Source: a virus (lineage: Duplodnaviria; Heunggongvirae; Uroviricota; Caudoviricetes). From it: a stretch of DNA of 32,000 nucleotides. The translations under genes were made by a program, and so were the position numbers. The notes under the pieces were generated by a model. The model saw nothing but the letters and a program-made list of their open reading frames with translations. It did no database searches and was not told where the DNA came from. Each line of letters starts with the position of its first letter. Position 1 is the stretch's first letter. The DNA is taken from IMG/VR virus record IMGVR_UViG_3300046542_000616. The stretch is one strand, 5' to 3'. Positions 17,252 to 25,220 of this stretch are shown here, one piece after another.

Positions 17252-18367
17252 TTAAAGCAGGCTGGCCTGATCAGGCACATCCTCTTGCGTGGCGGAATGG
17301 TCTTCCTGATCATAGTGGGCCACCGGATCCGCCTCGATATAGGTTCCCTTGAGCAGCTCAGACTTGATTTTAAGGGCTGCCGCACCTTTAAGCCCTGTCA
17401 CCATCCAGCGATGATCGCGATTGCGCACTATGGCCCATCCCGGCTCGATGTAGGTCTTGCTCTCATACTCCTGCAGCCGCTTGTTGAAATCAGACTTGAA
17501 CCTGCGCTCGACCGAATCGTAAGTCGACTTGCTGCCTGAAAGGCTGTGGTAGCTCTCCAGGAGCAGGTTAAACACTCCGTCCCGGTGCGAGGCAATGAAG
17601 GGCATCAATTTCTTGCCGTAGGAGTCCAGCGAATCCCATATCTCGAAGGGCACCAGAGTGGTGTTCACTCCATCAAACAGCAGAGCCATCATGTCGTCGA
17701 GCTCCACCATTAGCCGGCGCGACTGGCCCTGGGTCGCATTGCGATTGATAAAGCTCAGCGAGATCTCAAAGGGCTCCTTGTTGTTATAGCAATCCATGAT
17801 CATCGGCAGGTATTCGCTGTAGCGGTTGGTCACGCTCTGCTTGAGGAAGTTGCCATCGGGCAGCAACTCAAGGTCTTTGCGCGTGAGCACGTTGTACAGG
17901 CGGGCCAGCATGGACTTGCTCGCGATCTTGACGCTGCCGGCCTCCAGGTCTTCGAGCATGGTGCGGATGCGCGTGCGGTTGGGCCCCGAGTCCTTGATGT
18001 CCAGCCAGCCCAGCGCTTCGGTCATTAGGAAGGGCACTGGCTTGGTCAGCGAGCGACCTCGAGCCTTCACCAGGATGCGGGTAAACAGCGTCTCGTGGTC
18101 AACGGTCAGCTGCGGGCCCTTGTACTTGACGGTGCCGCCGAGGGAGAAGATGTCAGTCCATTCGTCATAGCGGCCCTTGGACTTGATCGCCGCAAAGAGC
18201 GCGCTGCGGACAATGGGATTGGCCTGCTCGTGAAACTCTTCGTTGGTCAGGGGGAGAACACCCTGGGCCGAGGCCAGGTCGAAGCCTTTGAGAAGCTTGG
18301 TGCGTCGATCACCAATCGTTTGAGTCAACTCTGTCGGATTCAAGATCTTGGTTTCTTGTACCGACAT
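17252..18367 (-). CDS. trfA: TrfA-family plasmid replication initiator
   Basis: - 371 aa with an AGGAG RBS.
- PIVRSALFAA...VKYKGPQLTVDHETLFTRIL...FLMTEALGWL parallels RK2 TrfA (from memory: DIARSALFTT...ITYTGVELRADDDELVWQQVL...FYELCQDLGW).
- ...ALLFDG...KLMPFIASHRD parallels VVLFAG...RMFDYFSSHRE.
- An iteron array lies adjacent. Confidence 0.85.
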   Translation of the reverse strand: MSVQETKILNPTELTQTIGDRRTKLLKGFDLASAQGVLPLTNEEFHEQANPIVRSALFAAIKSKGRYDEWTDIFSLGGTVKYKGPQLTVDHETLFTRILVKARGRSLTKPVPFLMTEALGWLDIKDSGPNRTRIRTMLEDLEAGSVKIASKSMLARLYNVLTRKDLELLPDGNFLKQSVTNRYSEYLPMIMDCYNNKEPFEISLSFINRNATQGQSRRLMVELDDMMALLFDGVNTTLVPFEIWDSLDSYGKKLMPFIASHRDGVFNLLLESYHSLSGSKSTYDSVERRFKSDFNKRLQEYESKTYIEPGWAIVRNRDHRWMVTGLKGAAALKIKSELLKGTYIEADPVAHYDQEDHSATQEDVPDQASLL

Positions 18368-18490
18368 TGGCGGGCTCCTGGTGATCGATGAATGGGTAAC
18401 CGAAGTATATATTTTGAAAGCGCTAGTGAAAGGCTCTGGTTAGATCGGTTTGTTATTTACAGGCCCATGATGCGAGCCAGCGGTTTAAAA

Positions 18491-18552
18491 ATGCGATGTT
18501 CGCTGAACGAATTCCGATGTTTCCTGAGCGGGTTCCGATAACTGCTGAGCAC
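18491..18552 (-). repeat. three reverse-orientation iteron-like repeats between the rep start and the direct iteron array
   Basis: Reverse complements read CGTTCAGCGAACATCGCAT (18491-18509), CGCTCAGGAAACATCGGAAT (18511-18530) and GTGCTCAGCAGTTATCGGAACC (18533-18552). These match GC(T/A)CAGCAAACATCGG. Confidence 0.8.
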
Positions 18553-18661
18553 CCAGGCACGCAGCAGGCCACAGGGAGGGAGACATAAGGAGAAGATCGT
18601 TCATTCGGCCTTTAGGCCGCCTACGGTTTTTCTTCGTATCGCTACAGGCCACGTAATACGT

Positions 18662-19612
18662 GGCGCTCATGGAATATCGGGACAGATTACGGGTGCCGTT
18701 CATCGCCGCCTCGCAGGCGCACAGAAAACATCGGCATCTCAAGGCCTGGGCCAGTCGTCAGAGATCCGTGGCACCCATCCATGAAAGCCTTTAAAACCGG
18801 GGCGCTCAGCAGATATCGGGACATCTATGCGACACCGGCGTCACGGGGTAAATGTGGACAGATACCCGACTTGGGCTGGAAAAGAGGCGCTAATAGGCGA
18901 ACAGCCCTACAAGCAAATGACAGTACAGGCTGAAGGCCACGGAATACGGGGCGCTCAGAGAATATCGGGACACTTATGTGACACATTGAATGGCGGTCAA
19001 ATGAGACGGATCGAGGAAGCACGATGGCTTGGTGGGGCCTTCCACCTGCAGGTGGACAGGCCACTGAGGGCCAAATGTGGACAGATACCGGCACTTTTCA
19101 GCCCAGGCGCACAGCAAACATCGGGATTTACCTGGAAGAAACGAAGGTGAGCAGTCTCCACGACCAGTTATTGAGGGCACCGGCACCTATCGGCTGACTC
19201 GACCAGGTCTTTAATCTGGACAGATTCCGGGTGTCCGGAGGGCCAAAGGCGTCTTTTTGGCCTGTGAGGGGCTTGATCCTGGCTGATAGCAGTCCGATGG
19301 ACGATGTGGTACATGGCCGGAGCCCTTATAAACCGTGGCGCTCAGCTAATATCGGGACAGATTTAGGCCATGACAGAGGGATGCAGGCTAGGGAGGTGAT
19401 TTACATGCTCGTCGGCCTGCCGTCCTGGTGAAAGGTCGCCAAATATGGACAGATTCCATGCCATGACCTGGCTTAAGGGCCAGATAAACTCAGGCGCACA
19501 GCAAATATCGTTCGATTTGAGGCCAAACGAATCCTTCGATCAGGATCCTGGCCGAGGCGCTGTCCATGCAAATGTGGACAGATACCAGACATGCTCAGCA
19601 ACCATCGGCCTT
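18662..19612 (+). repeat. direct iteron array of oriV (two related repeat classes sharing a GGACAGAT core)
   Basis: - Class B, GGCGC(T/A)CAG...A(T/C)ATCGG(GACA...): 18662-18690, 18716-18740, 18801-18829, 18950-18978, 19106-19131, 19337-19366, 19493-19518, 19591-19612.
- Class A, AAATGTGGACAGATACC: exact copies at 18850-18866, 19073-19089 and 19570-19586; variants at 19211-19228 and 19441-19457. Confidence 0.9.
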
Positions 19613-19729
19613 CGCTCATGAAACATCGTGTTTTTGCTGGGCAGAGGCCGGATCGAGAAGAAAAGCCTTATTAATCAGTGCAAAAAGCTGTTTTAGCAGG
19701 CGAGGGGAGGGTGGAAAAAATGACGGATT

Positions 19730-19836
19730 GATCATTATTTAACCAAAATATGGTGGCATTTAAAATTATTGAGAAGAAACAATCGGTTAAGTCACTTATA
19801 CCAATCCATCCACAGTGTATGCACAGCATATCCACA
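19730..19836. promoter_or_regulatory. AT-rich segment and DnaA-box-like sites of oriV
   Basis: - AT-rich tract around 19730-19790: ATCATTATTTAACCAAAATATGGTGGCATTTAAAATTATT.
- CCATCCACA at 19806-19814 (7/9 to TTATCCACA).
- ATATCCACA at 19828-19836 (8/9).
- A further ATATCCACG at 19972-19980. Confidence 0.7.
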
Positions 19837-19866
19837 GCTTTTATACAGTTTTTTCCACTGTTTTTT

Positions 19867-19923
19867 GATGTTTCTTGTGCGGTGACCGATGTTTGCTGAG
19901 CGGTGACGATGACTCCTGAGCAG
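19867..19923 (-). repeat. three reverse-orientation iteron-like repeats distal to the DnaA boxes
   Basis: Plus strand reads GATGTTTCTTGTGCGG (19867-19882), CCGATGTTTGCTGAGCGG (19886-19903, reverse complement CCGCTCAGCAAACATCGG) and GACGATGACTCCTGAGCAG (19906-19923). One more direct copy, GCGCTCAGCAAACATCGGCGGG, lies at 20193-20214. Confidence 0.75.
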
Positions 19924-20062
19924 ACTACGTTATCTGGTGTGCATCTGGCGATGTCTGCCGTGCAAATTTTGATATCCACGGAATCTGGTTCGATGCCTGC
20001 TGTGCAATGTATAACTTTCTAGCCAGGGCTAGCGCGACCTGCGGCCAATTTGGCGATCCTCC

Positions 20063-20162
20063 TAACCCCAAGGTAACCCCGTATCTCTAACCCGCCATCA
20101 CCAGGCTCTTGATCCCGTAGATAATAAAGCAAAGCTTTAACCCTTTTTTTGATGCTTAACCC
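20063..20162. repeat. five dispersed copies of TAACCC within 100 bp
   Basis: TAACCC at 20063-20068, 20074-20079 and 20088-20093; TTAACCC at 20137-20143 and 20156-20162, the last two each followed by a T-run. Confidence 0.6.
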
Positions 20163-20366
20163 TTTTGTCGCGCATCACGCACGCGAGGCAACGCGCTCAG
20201 CAAACATCGGCGGGTGGGAAGCCGGCAAAGCCTTAATTTTGAAGGCAAACCAACGGTTTTAAATTCTCTGCCAGGTCGAATTTGGTTTTAACCTGTGGCA
20301 CAATAAGGCACATATTGACAGTTTCCAGTCTTTCAACTGGACGTTTCATTCCCAAGGATTTGCACG

Positions 20367-20918
20367 ATGCAGAAAAGCGCGGTAACGACGAGCAGGCGAT
20401 CTGCCTCGGCAGCCTTCAGCATTCAAGTAATCAACACGAGCCTGGTCAACATCGCGTTTCGCTTGATGTTTGTCCGGGATATCAGCGGCCTGCTGGTGGT
20501 CGTCAGTCAGGACGACTGCATTCGACAAGTCGCCTTCACCGACGAAGAGGTTGGCGATGACGTGCAAAGCTTCCTTGCCATCCAAGATCCTGCTGCCGTG
20601 GCTGCCAAGGTGATCTCCACCCATCCGGTGCGTGAGCTGGATGATGAGCAGTTCTTTGATAGCGTTGAGCAGAATCTTCGCTCGCTCAATGAGCGGTGCG
20701 TGATTTCCAATGAAGCCTTCGGCGATCACATGTCCATGGTGGATCTATACCGAGAGAACATCAGTTCCGAATGCCTGACCTCGTACCTGATTCTGGAGAA
20801 CCTCCAAGACGTCGTTGAGAACAGTCAGGTGCACCAGATTATTCCGGAGGAGATTCATTTCTGGAAAGCCATCTGGAAACCCATCGTCAACAAGGCTTCT
20901 GCCATGAGCGGCCAATAA
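20367..20918 (+). CDS. hypothetical acidic protein
   Basis: AAGGA RBS 9 nt upstream of ATG 20367. Third positions are strongly G/C-biased in this frame. The N-terminal ~30 aa are of low plausibility, so the true start could be internal (ATG 20466). Confidence 0.55.
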   Translation: MQKSAVTTSRRSASAAFSIQVINTSLVNIAFRLMFVRDISGLLVVVSQDDCIRQVAFTDEEVGDDVQSFLAIQDPAAVAAKVISTHPVRELDDEQFFDSVEQNLRSLNERCVISNEAFGDHMSMVDLYRENISSECLTSYLILENLQDVVENSQVHQIIPEEIHFWKAIWKPIVNKASAMSGQ

Positions 20919-20930
20919 TCAGGGGGTTTC

Positions 20931-21431
20931 ATGAGTACCGTAAGAGCCATTGAAAACGCATACATCAAGACAGCCAAGCGCAAGTGGGACAGGGTGTACT
21001 GGGCCCTGGATCTGCATGACACCTGCATCAAGGCCACCTATGAGGCGAACAAGCCCCACACGTACGAATGGATCAACCCGTACGTCAAAAATGCTCTGAA
21101 GCGCCTGCAGGCTCACCCTGAGACCTGTTTGATTCTGTGGAGCTCCGTGCACGAAGCCGAGAAGGTGCACTACCTGAATTTCTTCGCCAATGAAGGCATT
21201 CATGTGTCGGGCTTCAACCACAACCCGTTTGAGACGGGAAGTGAGTCCTGCTGCGTGGATGAGAAGTTCTACTTTTCGATCCTGGTGGATGACAAGGCCG
21301 GCTTTGATCAGAGTGAGTGGCTGCACATCCCAGACTTCGTCGACTACATTCGTCAGGAATACCCACCAGTCGTGAAGGCTGCGAAGAAGACCATTCCCGA
21401 CGCGGAACTGGACGCCACCACCCTGGCCTAA
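20931..21431 (+). CDS. hypothetical protein, possibly HAD-fold phosphatase/nucleotidase-like (weak)
   Basis: 166 aa. WALDLHDT near the N-terminus, LILWSS and ILVDDKAG loosely resemble HAD motifs I, II and IV, although motif I is non-canonical. AGGGGG RBS. Confidence 0.6.
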   Translation: MSTVRAIENAYIKTAKRKWDRVYWALDLHDTCIKATYEANKPHTYEWINPYVKNALKRLQAHPETCLILWSSVHEAEKVHYLNFFANEGIHVSGFNHNPFETGSESCCVDEKFYFSILVDDKAGFDQSEWLHIPDFVDYIRQEYPPVVKAAKKTIPDAELDATTLA

Positions 21432-21448
21432 CCACTGGAGCTTGACTG

Positions 21449-22048
21449 ATGGATTCATTGAAGGAAGTTCTGGCGGCTGAAAACCAGCAGGTGGCTCGCC
21501 AACTGATCTGTGCCCAGGGGTACAACAAGGCGGTGGCAAACGAGTGGTCAAGCCATCCCGTTGGCGTCATGACCATGGTTGTCATGACCCCTACGGATGC
21601 TGACTTTTTCGGGGACAGCTACCTCAACTGGGTGGCCGTTGCTCCTGCTCGCTGGACGGTGCTGTGGCAGAACGTCTATGACCTGCCCGATGGGCAGAAT
21701 GTGGCGATCAAGCTGCACGAATATCAGTCCTCAACCGACCCTGTCGACAATGCCGTGATCATCGCGAGCCTGGCTATGTCGAGTGCTGAAATCCGTGGGC
21801 TGGTGCTGTTTGCTGTCGACAACGGTGTCCGTCTGGAAAACTGCCGCGTTGACTGCCCGTGGATGAGTCAGAGTGTGTTTGACGCGCTTGCGCATGACTT
21901 TGGCAAGGAGTGGGCCGAGAAAGCCCTGTCCACGGTAGGCGTGGTGCCTGACGAGCTCGTGAAGGGTGTCAGCCTGGGTCGCCTGCTCAACCTGCCGGTG
22001 AAAGACCTCGCTTACATGCCGGCCCGCGTAGCCGCCATGCTGCAGTAA
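21449..22048 (+). CDS. hypothetical protein
   Basis: 199 aa with a GGAG RBS. It is the third gene of a plus-strand three-gene unit. Confidence 0.65.
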   Translation: MDSLKEVLAAENQQVARQLICAQGYNKAVANEWSSHPVGVMTMVVMTPTDADFFGDSYLNWVAVAPARWTVLWQNVYDLPDGQNVAIKLHEYQSSTDPVDNAVIIASLAMSSAEIRGLVLFAVDNGVRLENCRVDCPWMSQSVFDALAHDFGKEWAEKALSTVGVVPDELVKGVSLGRLLNLPVKDLAYMPARVAAMLQ

Positions 22049-22131
22049 CTGACTGGAAGCTATCGGCGACTCACGGACGACTTAAGGATCAGGCATGTCT
22101 GAACTCATTAAAAACAGGATGGTGGCAGAGT

Positions 22132-22923
22132 CTAAGGGGAGGGCCCGTCGTTGATTTCGCACCTTGGTGCGGCAGGAACGGTCACCATCCCCTTGGCGTC
22201 GACCTGTAGCAACGTGACGACCTTGGCTGGATCCAGCGCGTCGTAGTAAAACTCATCACCATTGCTGGCCTTGTACACACGGGAAGCCAGCACCAGGGCG
22301 GTGGTGACGTGTTGCGGTGCAGCTTCGTATATCGCGGTGGTGACGGCGTGATCGAGTGTTAGTCGGAGCATGCGCTCAGTTGCATTACGCGCCTGATTGC
22401 CTTCCTCGTAATCCTTCAGTACCCGACGAGCCGTACTCTTGAGGCTTCGAGCATCGGCCTTGTAGGCATAGTCCATGGGGAATAGGTGATTCACCTCGGC
22501 GCTCATGGCCCTTATCAGTGAATAGCCCAATGCCGATGACGATGCCTTAACGCATTCGCCACGGAAACTCTCGCGGCGCTGTTGATTGATAGCAGGATTG
22601 AGCAGGTGCCCGAACTTCTCTTGCAAGTGGTCTTCGTAAAACCTCGCATTAAGAAGCGTGCCTTTGGCTACAAAAATCTCACCGCTTTCATCTGGATGGC
22701 CAGTGATGATGTCGGCTTCGTCGTAGCTGTAGTCGAGAACCACGTCCTTATCGTCGGTGCCTTCGATGTAGTACTGCAGGAAATCCAGGTCTGTGCCCAG
22801 GTAGAAACCGCCACGCCCGGTGTTCACCGAACCCAGGGTCAAGTCCACCGGCCAGCGCATCTGGAGCGTATGAGCCTGGAGGTTCTGCAGGTTGTAGGAA
22901 ACGATCCTGTGGCCGACTGGCAT
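22132..22923 (-). CDS. hypothetical protein, last gene of the large-paralog operon; lacks the LEDALGL tail
   Basis: 263 aa with a GAGG RBS. It starts 20 nt after the stop of the paralog at 22944-24044. Confidence 0.7.
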   Translation of the reverse strand: MPVGHRIVSYNLQNLQAHTLQMRWPVDLTLGSVNTGRGGFYLGTDLDFLQYYIEGTDDKDVVLDYSYDEADIITGHPDESGEIFVAKGTLLNARFYEDHLQEKFGHLLNPAINQQRRESFRGECVKASSSALGYSLIRAMSAEVNHLFPMDYAYKADARSLKSTARRVLKDYEEGNQARNATERMLRLTLDHAVTTAIYEAAPQHVTTALVLASRVYKASNGDEFYYDALDPAKVVTLLQVDAKGMVTVPAAPRCEINDGPSP

Positions 22924-22943
22924 TTAAAACCTCTGGATGTGCG

Positions 22944-24044
22944 TTAAAGGCCCAACGCGTCTTCGAGCATGTATGCCTTGCTCCATCGCAGGCCAAGCGC
23001 CGTCTCAACAGCGAACACCGTTTTGACGAAGGTGTTTTTATTAATGGGCGTCGTGTTTTTAAGCATCTCATCGATCTCGTTTCGATTGGCGCCCAGCTTT
23101 ATTTTTTCCGCGCAGTCATTCTCAGCACCAAGCTCGTCAAAAACCCACTTGAGCTTGATCCGCTCAGGCGGCTTCTGAGCTATCGTCTTGTCTGCGTCGA
23201 TGCCTTTAACCTCGGCTTTTGCGACAACCAGGCCAGACTGAACAATTTCGCAGTGCCAGAAGTCTGCCTTGTAAAATTCTGATTGGGTTGTGTGAGCGGT
23301 TGCTTTGGCAATCGCCTGAGACAGCGTAGGGGCAGCGGCAATAAGGAATCGAAATCCTTTTGTTAGGTTAGATGAAAATTCGATCCGATATTGGCCGGCA
23401 AAACAATCATCGCGTAGCCAAGTCTTTTGAGCCTCGCTGAAAAGCTCGGTTTTTCCGGCAATTACCCTGGACTCGTATGTTTCCTGAAGGCATTCAGGCA
23501 GTTCGATGTCCTTTCCGGTCAAGTCGATCAGCCAGCCTATGTCGAAACCTTCATAAGCGTGGAAGTATTGGTAGATGGCTTCTTGCTGATCAGGCGATGA
23601 TTCGTTGTACAGAATTGCAATATCGACCCACCTGACGTTTGCAGTCATTTTTGCTTGGAACATAAAGTAGCTGCATAGCTGATCCAAGCTGGATGGCTGA
23701 AATTTTCCATGAAGTTCTTCGAAGCGAGCGTCTTCTTTGGCGGCTATTTCTGCAAGCTCAATTTTTGTCACAAATGGAGCGTTATGGATCCTTGGTTTTA
23801 AGATTGAGAACAGTCGCTCAAAGGTTAGTTCTGACATCGATTTGAGTGGCGCAATTATCTCAGGATGAATGCTGCCAGGAAGGTCGAAGTGGTTCTCGCT
23901 CAGACGATCCAATGCATCGGCGTCGGGCACGACCTCTTCGCCAAACAAGGTGGTGAACCTTGCAGGGTTTCGATAAAACGCACTGTTGATGAATACATGG
24001 CTGTATGCGCTTGGAATTGGCAACATCTCTGGTTTATTTGACAT
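22944..24044 (-). CDS. large LEDALGL-tail family paralog 1
   Basis: The start was moved to ATG 24044 (MSNKPEMLPIPSAYSHVFIN...) by alignment with the paralog N-termini. It shares IAPL..MS..TF, LYN.S.DQQEAIYQYF, WLRDD, AAPTLSQAIAKATAH and KLKW, and ends ...WSKAYMLEDALGL-TAA. Confidence 0.8.
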   Translation of the reverse strand: MSNKPEMLPIPSAYSHVFINSAFYRNPARFTTLFGEEVVPDADALDRLSENHFDLPGSIHPEIIAPLKSMSELTFERLFSILKPRIHNAPFVTKIELAEIAAKEDARFEELHGKFQPSSLDQLCSYFMFQAKMTANVRWVDIAILYNESSPDQQEAIYQYFHAYEGFDIGWLIDLTGKDIELPECLQETYESRVIAGKTELFSEAQKTWLRDDCFAGQYRIEFSSNLTKGFRFLIAAAPTLSQAIAKATAHTTQSEFYKADFWHCEIVQSGLVVAKAEVKGIDADKTIAQKPPERIKLKWVFDELGAENDCAEKIKLGANRNEIDEMLKNTTPINKNTFVKTVFAVETALGLRWSKAYMLEDALGL

Positions 24045-24125
24045 AGTCACTACTTGGATTTGGATTACTTGCATTATCCGACAAGAACATCGATCCGGAC
24101 AAGAAAACCAGTGCATGGTTAAGGC

Positions 24126-25145
24126 TTAAAGGCCCAATTCGTCTTCAAGCCGGCTCACCTTCGACCACTGCATACCAAGTGCTTCTTCGGTGGCATACAG
24201 CGTCTTGAGGAACTCAGTCTTGGTGATGCCGCCCTGGTCGTTCTTTGGGCGAAGGTCAGCATGTCGCCAGGTAATTCTCGGGTCTTTGTCCTTCACGTGA
24301 GGGTGATTGCCGGAGGTGAACTTGACCTCACCCGTTGCAACAAACTGCCCTAGCTGGGCGAGACTGATGTGGGCAAGCGTGCCTTTGAAGTTGATGGCTC
24401 CCTGGATGGCACGAGCAATTGCAAGCTCCAGTGTCGGTGCTGTGCTGATCAACAAGTCGCGATGATAAGAGTCGACTCCATACACCTCGAATTGGTTAAT
24501 AACGAAATCCTCTCTGAGCCACCGGTCTTTGGCCACGTCGAAAGCCTGCTTCTCCCCATTTTCGATTCTGGTTTGCAAGGGCTTGTCGAAGGCGGGCGGG
24601 AGGTCGATAGCCGGCGCCTGGGTCGCTAGAAGGATGGCAAGGTCTCTGTTCTTTACGATACTAAAGTATTGGTACAAAGCCTCCTGCTGGTCGTCTGTGG
24701 ACGCGTTATAGAGATCTGCCAGTCGAGCCCATTCGACATAGCGGTTTACTCGGGCGGAGAGGAGCAGATAGCTCATGACCTGGTCTGTCGAAGCAGGATG
24801 GGATGCCTCAGTAATGTTGCCGTATTCCCTGCGCGCCATATCGGCGAGGTTGTCACGGCTGGTGATGATTTCATTTTGAAACTTAGGCTTGAGCACCGAG
24901 CAAAGCGCCTCAAACGTCTCGCCAGTCATGGCGGCCAGCGGAGCCATGATCGTGGTATCGATTTTGTGAGGGCCGTTTTGGTTTGAGTCATCGAAATCGA
25001 TGTCAGCCACCACATGCGGCCCGACCCTTTCTGAGTCCTTATGCTCATCTGGATGATGGCAGTCGAGGTTTTCGTAGAGCAGTCGAATGTACGGATAGGC
25101 TTCCACGCTGGGTGGCGTGATGTGGTTTGGGCTGGTCGATGACAT
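24126..25145 (-). CDS. large LEDALGL-tail family paralog 2
   Basis: 339 aa with an AGGAG RBS. It shows PPSVEAYPYIR, MAPLAAMTGETF, LYNASTDDQQEALYQYF, WLRED and TAPTLELAIARA, and ends ...QWSKVSRLEDELGL-TAA. Confidence 0.85.
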   Translation of the reverse strand: MSSTSPNHITPPSVEAYPYIRLLYENLDCHHPDEHKDSERVGPHVVADIDFDDSNQNGPHKIDTTIMAPLAAMTGETFEALCSVLKPKFQNEIITSRDNLADMARREYGNITEASHPASTDQVMSYLLLSARVNRYVEWARLADLYNASTDDQQEALYQYFSIVKNRDLAILLATQAPAIDLPPAFDKPLQTRIENGEKQAFDVAKDRWLREDFVINQFEVYGVDSYHRDLLISTAPTLELAIARAIQGAINFKGTLAHISLAQLGQFVATGEVKFTSGNHPHVKDKDPRITWRHADLRPKNDQGGITKTEFLKTLYATEEALGMQWSKVSRLEDELGL

Positions 25146-25220
25146 GGTGAAGCTCCTGGTGGTGCTTTGTTAAGTATCCGTGTTGCGCATACCGCTGGGC
25201 AACTTGCTACGGGGGATAGG

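Noticed and set aside
17064-17255. 63-aa ORF as a candidate toxin partner of the AbrB-like gene
   Set aside because: It has a TTG start, no RBS and weak codon bias. It abuts the 3' end of trfA on the opposite strand.
18662-19612. Possible CRISPR array, given the regularly recurring ~20-29-bp repeats
   Set aside because: - The repeats come in two classes and have variable sequence.
- Spacing is irregular (39-139 bp).
- Inverted copies flank the array.
- No cas genes or leader are present.
- The context (TrfA gene, DnaA boxes) fits iterons.
18485-19979. Several 60-107-aa ORFs in the track (18485-18742, 18825-19094, 18827-19150, 18974-19186, 19231-19431, 19671-19979)
   Set aside because: They lie entirely within the iteron, AT-rich and DnaA-box origin region. 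They lack RBSs, have Cys/Arg/Pro-rich implausible compositions, and overlap one another on both strands. I treat them as non-coding oriV.
20919-21551. 210-aa minus-strand ORF (and 21214-21585) overlapping 20931-21431 and 21449-22048
   Set aside because: The plus-strand genes have RBSs, tight spacing and better codon bias. The minus-strand ORFs are Pro/Gly/Arg-rich and span an intergenic gap.
22132-22923. RES-domain toxin assignment for the tail-less 263-aa protein
   Set aside because: Only a loose N-terminal resemblance (R..G..YL......E) is present, and I could not locate the conserved Ser-containing motif. I kept it only as a remark to test.
24081-24110. Shared CGACAAGAACA 11-mer upstream of paralog 1 (24084-24094; a degenerate second copy CGGACAAGAA at 24101-24110) and upstream of paralog 4 (27463-27473, opposite orientation)
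   Set aside because: It occurs at only two loci, in opposite orientation relative to the genes. It is absent upstream of the other paralogs, so it may well be chance.
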